A DNA stretch of 62,120 bases, the filler included, from Bonamia ostreae (lineage: Eukaryota): the NCBI GenBank assembly GCA_040357525.1. It is 6 parts of 6 records of this genome, joined end to end, with 100 filler letters (N's around TTAATTAATTAA, not from the genome) between each part and the next. Parts side by side here need not be neighbours in the genome. Positions count along the whole stretch, not along the records: positions 52,092 to 62,120 come from JBDODL010000033.1; 5 more parts are not named here. One strand, given 5' to 3'. The translations under genes were made by a program, and so were the position numbers. The notes beneath the pieces are model-generated. The model was not told the DNA's origin and did no database searches. It worked only from the letters and a program-made list of their open reading frames with translations. Positions 58,312 through 62,120 of this stretch are shown in pieces (the first letter of the stretch is position 1; each line of letters begins with the position of its first letter).

Positions 58312-60964
58312 ATGATTAAAAAGTTCAAAGCGATATTTTTCATTTGGGTTTTCACATTTTTTGTCTTTCTATTTTACACGGGCCCTTTCTATACCATTAT
58401 TTTAATACTACTTTTGGCGATTTATGAGAATGAACGGCGTAACAAAATCGTCCAAAGTTTGTTTGATCGATTAATTTGCCAAAAATAATGGACAATTACC
58501 AAAATTTAAGAAATCCATCAAAAATACAACGAAAACATTGAAACAACAAGTTTGAATTTCCAAAAACGGTATCCAAATCTCTTAAAATATCCCAACACTA
58601 ATGCAAAGCCAACTTCACTCAATCGCTTTTTAAACAAAATTTGGGATCCACATCTTAAAAACGCCATTGAAACCAAGATAAAAACAGCTCTTGAAACCAC
58701 TTTAAAAAGACATAAACCAAAAAATTTGAGTCATTTGTCTTTGGGCACTGTTAATATTGGCAGTAAACCACCATACATAAATTGTTTTGATTGTTTATAA
58801 ACCAGTCAAAATTATTTGGCGAACAACAAACTTTTTATTTTAAAATCGATATTGAATTATTTAGTTAAAATTTTGACTATTTGAACTAAAGTAATGTCGT
58901 AATGATAAAAAGTCTTAAAAATCTACCAAAATTGCGAATTCTTAGACAAAATAACAGAAAACAGATGTAACGAATATTGTTGCTACGGCGACATGCAAAT
59001 TCTTTTCGAAAACAAAGATGCCAAAATCGAACTGTTGGTCGGATACAAAAAACTTAATACTGTTGTTTCTTTATCGAATTTGGCAACGAAAATGAACTGC
59101 AGAATCAAATTTTGTGATTTCGTGAATGTATTTCCCGGTTTCTCTAGAATCGATTTTTCTTTCAACTCGTCACCACTGTTCGATTTTGACATCTCCACGG
59201 GATGCTTCAAATTAACTGAAATACCTGGATTTTCTCGCTGGATGCAATATTTTTTAAAAACGGAGATGTTCAGTGGTGTCATTTTCCCGAAAAAAGCGTC
59301 ATTGTTGTTAGTGAATGAAGATGTTGAAGAGAAAAGGGTGATAGGAGGATTGATAATGCATGGTCAACAGGTTAGCCATTCCGAAGGAATGCTAAGGGTT
59401 AACTTTGCGTACATATTGATAATATATTTGTTGTAACAATGTTAAATATGTATATCAATTATATACTTATTGAATAGATATTAACTACATAAAAACAGGT
59501 AATTGTCAAAAACATGAAACTAAGAGTGGGCGATAATGTAAACAAGAAAAGACATATGTACTGTTTGTTATCTGTAACCGGCAGCAAAGCGATCTACAAA
59601 ACTGTAATAAATAGTACTTCAGGATCGTTTTTCGCGTGGAACCAATCGATTTTAATAAACTCTGTCACTGTAAAACCTGGAAAAGATTCTTTATTTTTTC
59701 TTAAACTTTCGATTTTTGAACAATTTCCAGGTAAAATTTTCTTATTTTACAAATTTTAGTTTCGTCCTTTTTGAAAAAGTTACAAACTTATTTACAACTA
59801 ATTTTCGTTAAAATTTAGACATAGATAAGCTTTTTGCTCAAGTGTCAGTAGATATTGGATTGGTCATAATTCAGGATAACAGAAAACCTTTAAAATTTAA
59901 TGTTCACAAAGCTGATGTACCATTAGCAAAATTAACACTGGAATTAAAATATTTGCCTCCGACAACTTTGCCCCTAAAAAACAAGACTGAAGTTACTAGA
60001 AAAACTAGAACAAAGGATAAAAAAAGGGAAAATTTGTTGCTTTTTAAAGTGAAAACAGCTAAAAACATAAAAACGAAGAAAAAAGATAAATCTTTTATCT
60101 GTGAAATTTCTGGGGAAAATATTGTTTCTGTGGTTTATTATTAACACGTTTATGTTTCAAATTAGCAATATTGTGGTAACTATATCGATATATTTATTTT
60201 TAAATAAATGTTACAATAATATTAAGACTCAAAATGTAAGAATATCAGAAAACGGCGAGATTGAATGGAACGAACCTTTTCTTTTTAACACAGCGTCAAA
60301 CATCTCAAAAATCACACTAACTATAAAAATTGGTCACAACATTAACAAAATGAGCACATTTGGTTTTTATAAATAGCGACAAATGAGCACAAATAACAAT
60401 GAATTTTTATAATTCGCAACAAAAAACTTATTAAAATTGTATAACAAGGTGTTGTTACAATTAAATTGAGAGATGATCAAAATGACTTGTTGGAAAGATC
60501 AAAGAATTGGCACGAAATAAAATCAAAAACAAACAAAATTGTTGGCTCTCTACTTATTTCATTCCGCTTCATTATAGAACCAAACATGTTTATTGTTACA
60601 TTCCAAATTAAGAAACACCAAAGCAAACGAAAAGGACTTCGTTTATTTGAAACTTCGACGACAATATAGCGAAAACAAAGAAGATTTGTTAGAAGATTAC
60701 AAAAGTTATCTAAAAAACCACAGTTTGGGCAAAAACAGCCAAAATTTCAATGAAAACAAAGAAACAATAGTTAAAAAGGACAGAAATTTAGTTGAAAACA
60801 ATGAAGATAACGACAAAATTGTTTTGGAAAGCGAAAAATCGGATCAAAAATTAAAAAAATCGAGTGAACAGAAAAGTGAAAGTTCCAACGAGCATAAAAA
60901 AGTTGAAAAACCACACAAAATAACTCAAAAATTACGAAAACTATTTTGCAACTGTACAACTTAA
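58312..60964 (+). CDS. Extended synaptotagmin/tricalbin-like SMP + C2 protein
   Basis: N-terminal TM, SMP-like LNRFLNKIWDP..LSLGTVNIGSKPP..FDFDI..LTEIPGF, and C2-like FAWNQ and IEWNEPF. Confidence 0.75.
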
Positions 60965-61663
60965 ATCGACAGACATTTTTTTTAACTTAACGCTTCTTCG
61001 CGAAGAATTAGCATTTTTAGGAACAAATAATATTTATCACATATCGACATTCCCTATCTCTCCCTCGCCACGGAAATATGTAAAAAAAATATTTTCTTGC
61101 CAATTTATTGCCATTTTGAATAAAATCTGCTAGTTTTTCGTTAATTTTATTAAAAAACGGTCTCTGATTTTTTACTATTTTTCTATTTGATACAAAATTT
61201 AATTTTAGAAAGATTAGTGTACCGGGAGGGAAACCTTAAAACTAATTAAAAATCATTTAGGAGAAATAGTTAGATCTGAAACGCTCAGCGCGAATGTTAA
61301 CACGAAAAAGGCGCTTTTTGTGAGAAAATAAAATTTAAGAGCTCTTCAGTGCACTAAATCGTCATTTATATCAGACGCAAATTACCACTAATGCAAGTCA
61401 TCATTAGAGCAAGATTAAATCGGCGCATTTAAAAAACTTAAACCTTTTTAAAAACAAAATTTTTGTATTAATTGGCAATAATTAGTTGATCGTATAATTT
61501 AGCTTTTGCTTTGATTTGACTAATTAAATTTATTTTTGAATTTAAATCAGTTTTTCACTAAAAACGGATAAATAATTATATTCAAAATCTAACATATCAA
61601 AAACAATACTTTCTGTTTTTGAACGAACAGTCAAAAATTAAAAAATATTATAAATTCTGAAAA

Positions 61664-62120
61664 ATGTCTATTAAGCAAAACGGAAATCAGCCGTTTTTGT
61701 TAAAAAACAACTCTAAAATCGCCCTGATAACTGGAATAACTGGTCAAGACGGTTCATATCTCTCCGAATTTTTGTTGAAGAAAGGGTATGAAGTACATGG
61801 TCTTACCAGAAGAGATTCCAGGTCATGTTTTTCTCGAATAGACCATTTGATAAACGACTCGTCCATTTTCGGGAAAAAATTTTTTATGCACCGCGGGGAC
61901 ATCACCGACTCTGCTAACTTAGTTCGTCTTTTAAAAAACATTGGTCCAGACGAAATTTATAATTTGGCGGCGCAAAGCCATGTCCAAGTTTCTTTCGAAA
62001 CGCCTGAAAATACTTCACAGATTAATGCTATTGGAGTATTAAAGTTTTAAATTTTGCAAATTTTCTGCTTTTCTTGAATAACTGTTCGATTTTGCATTTC
62101 TAATTTTAGCTTTTCGAAGA
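61664..62120 (+). CDS. GMDS: GDP-mannose 4,6-dehydratase, 3' truncated by window
   Basis: ALITGITGQDGSYLSEFLL and PDEIYNLAAQSHVQVSF. Confidence 0.97.

Overview
Eukaryotic, AT-rich, very gene-dense genomic DNA, probably from a compact protist or parasite genome. Tiny spliceosomal introns, short intergenic spacers and mitochondrial proteins are compatible with an ascetosporean/haplosporidian-type rhizarian, but this is inference only. The window is not contiguous: six ~10-kb contigs are joined by artificial N44-TTAATTAATTAA-N44 linkers. About 40 mostly housekeeping genes can be rebuilt by splicing out mostly 19-30 nt GT(T)..AG introns: kinase, OST4, COX17, FRA10AC1, ORC1/CDC6, RPC4, SF3B5, TBP, PI-PLC, VMS1, GPx, NDC80, TFIIE-alpha, AATF, UBL5, HDDC2, a BEACH protein, ASCT, PP4, COP-epsilon, PP2C, DTD1, CSL4, SERCA, E-Syt and GMDS. 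The main findings are: (1) a ~143-nt candidate telomerase RNA gene at 53573-53715 (-), with a TTAGGG template, a core-enclosing helix, a U/A-rich pseudoknot, a three-way junction, a USE/TATA-like promoter and a T5 terminator; (2) a UGA-selenocysteine glutathione peroxidase with a GUGA-type SECIS; (3) an atypical tiny-intron grammar (GTT donors, frequent AAG acceptors); (4) a second template-like small-RNA locus, a structured tRNA-like insert in a SERCA intron, and an in-frame TAA in the ASCT gene. All homology calls come from recalled family motifs, not from database searches.
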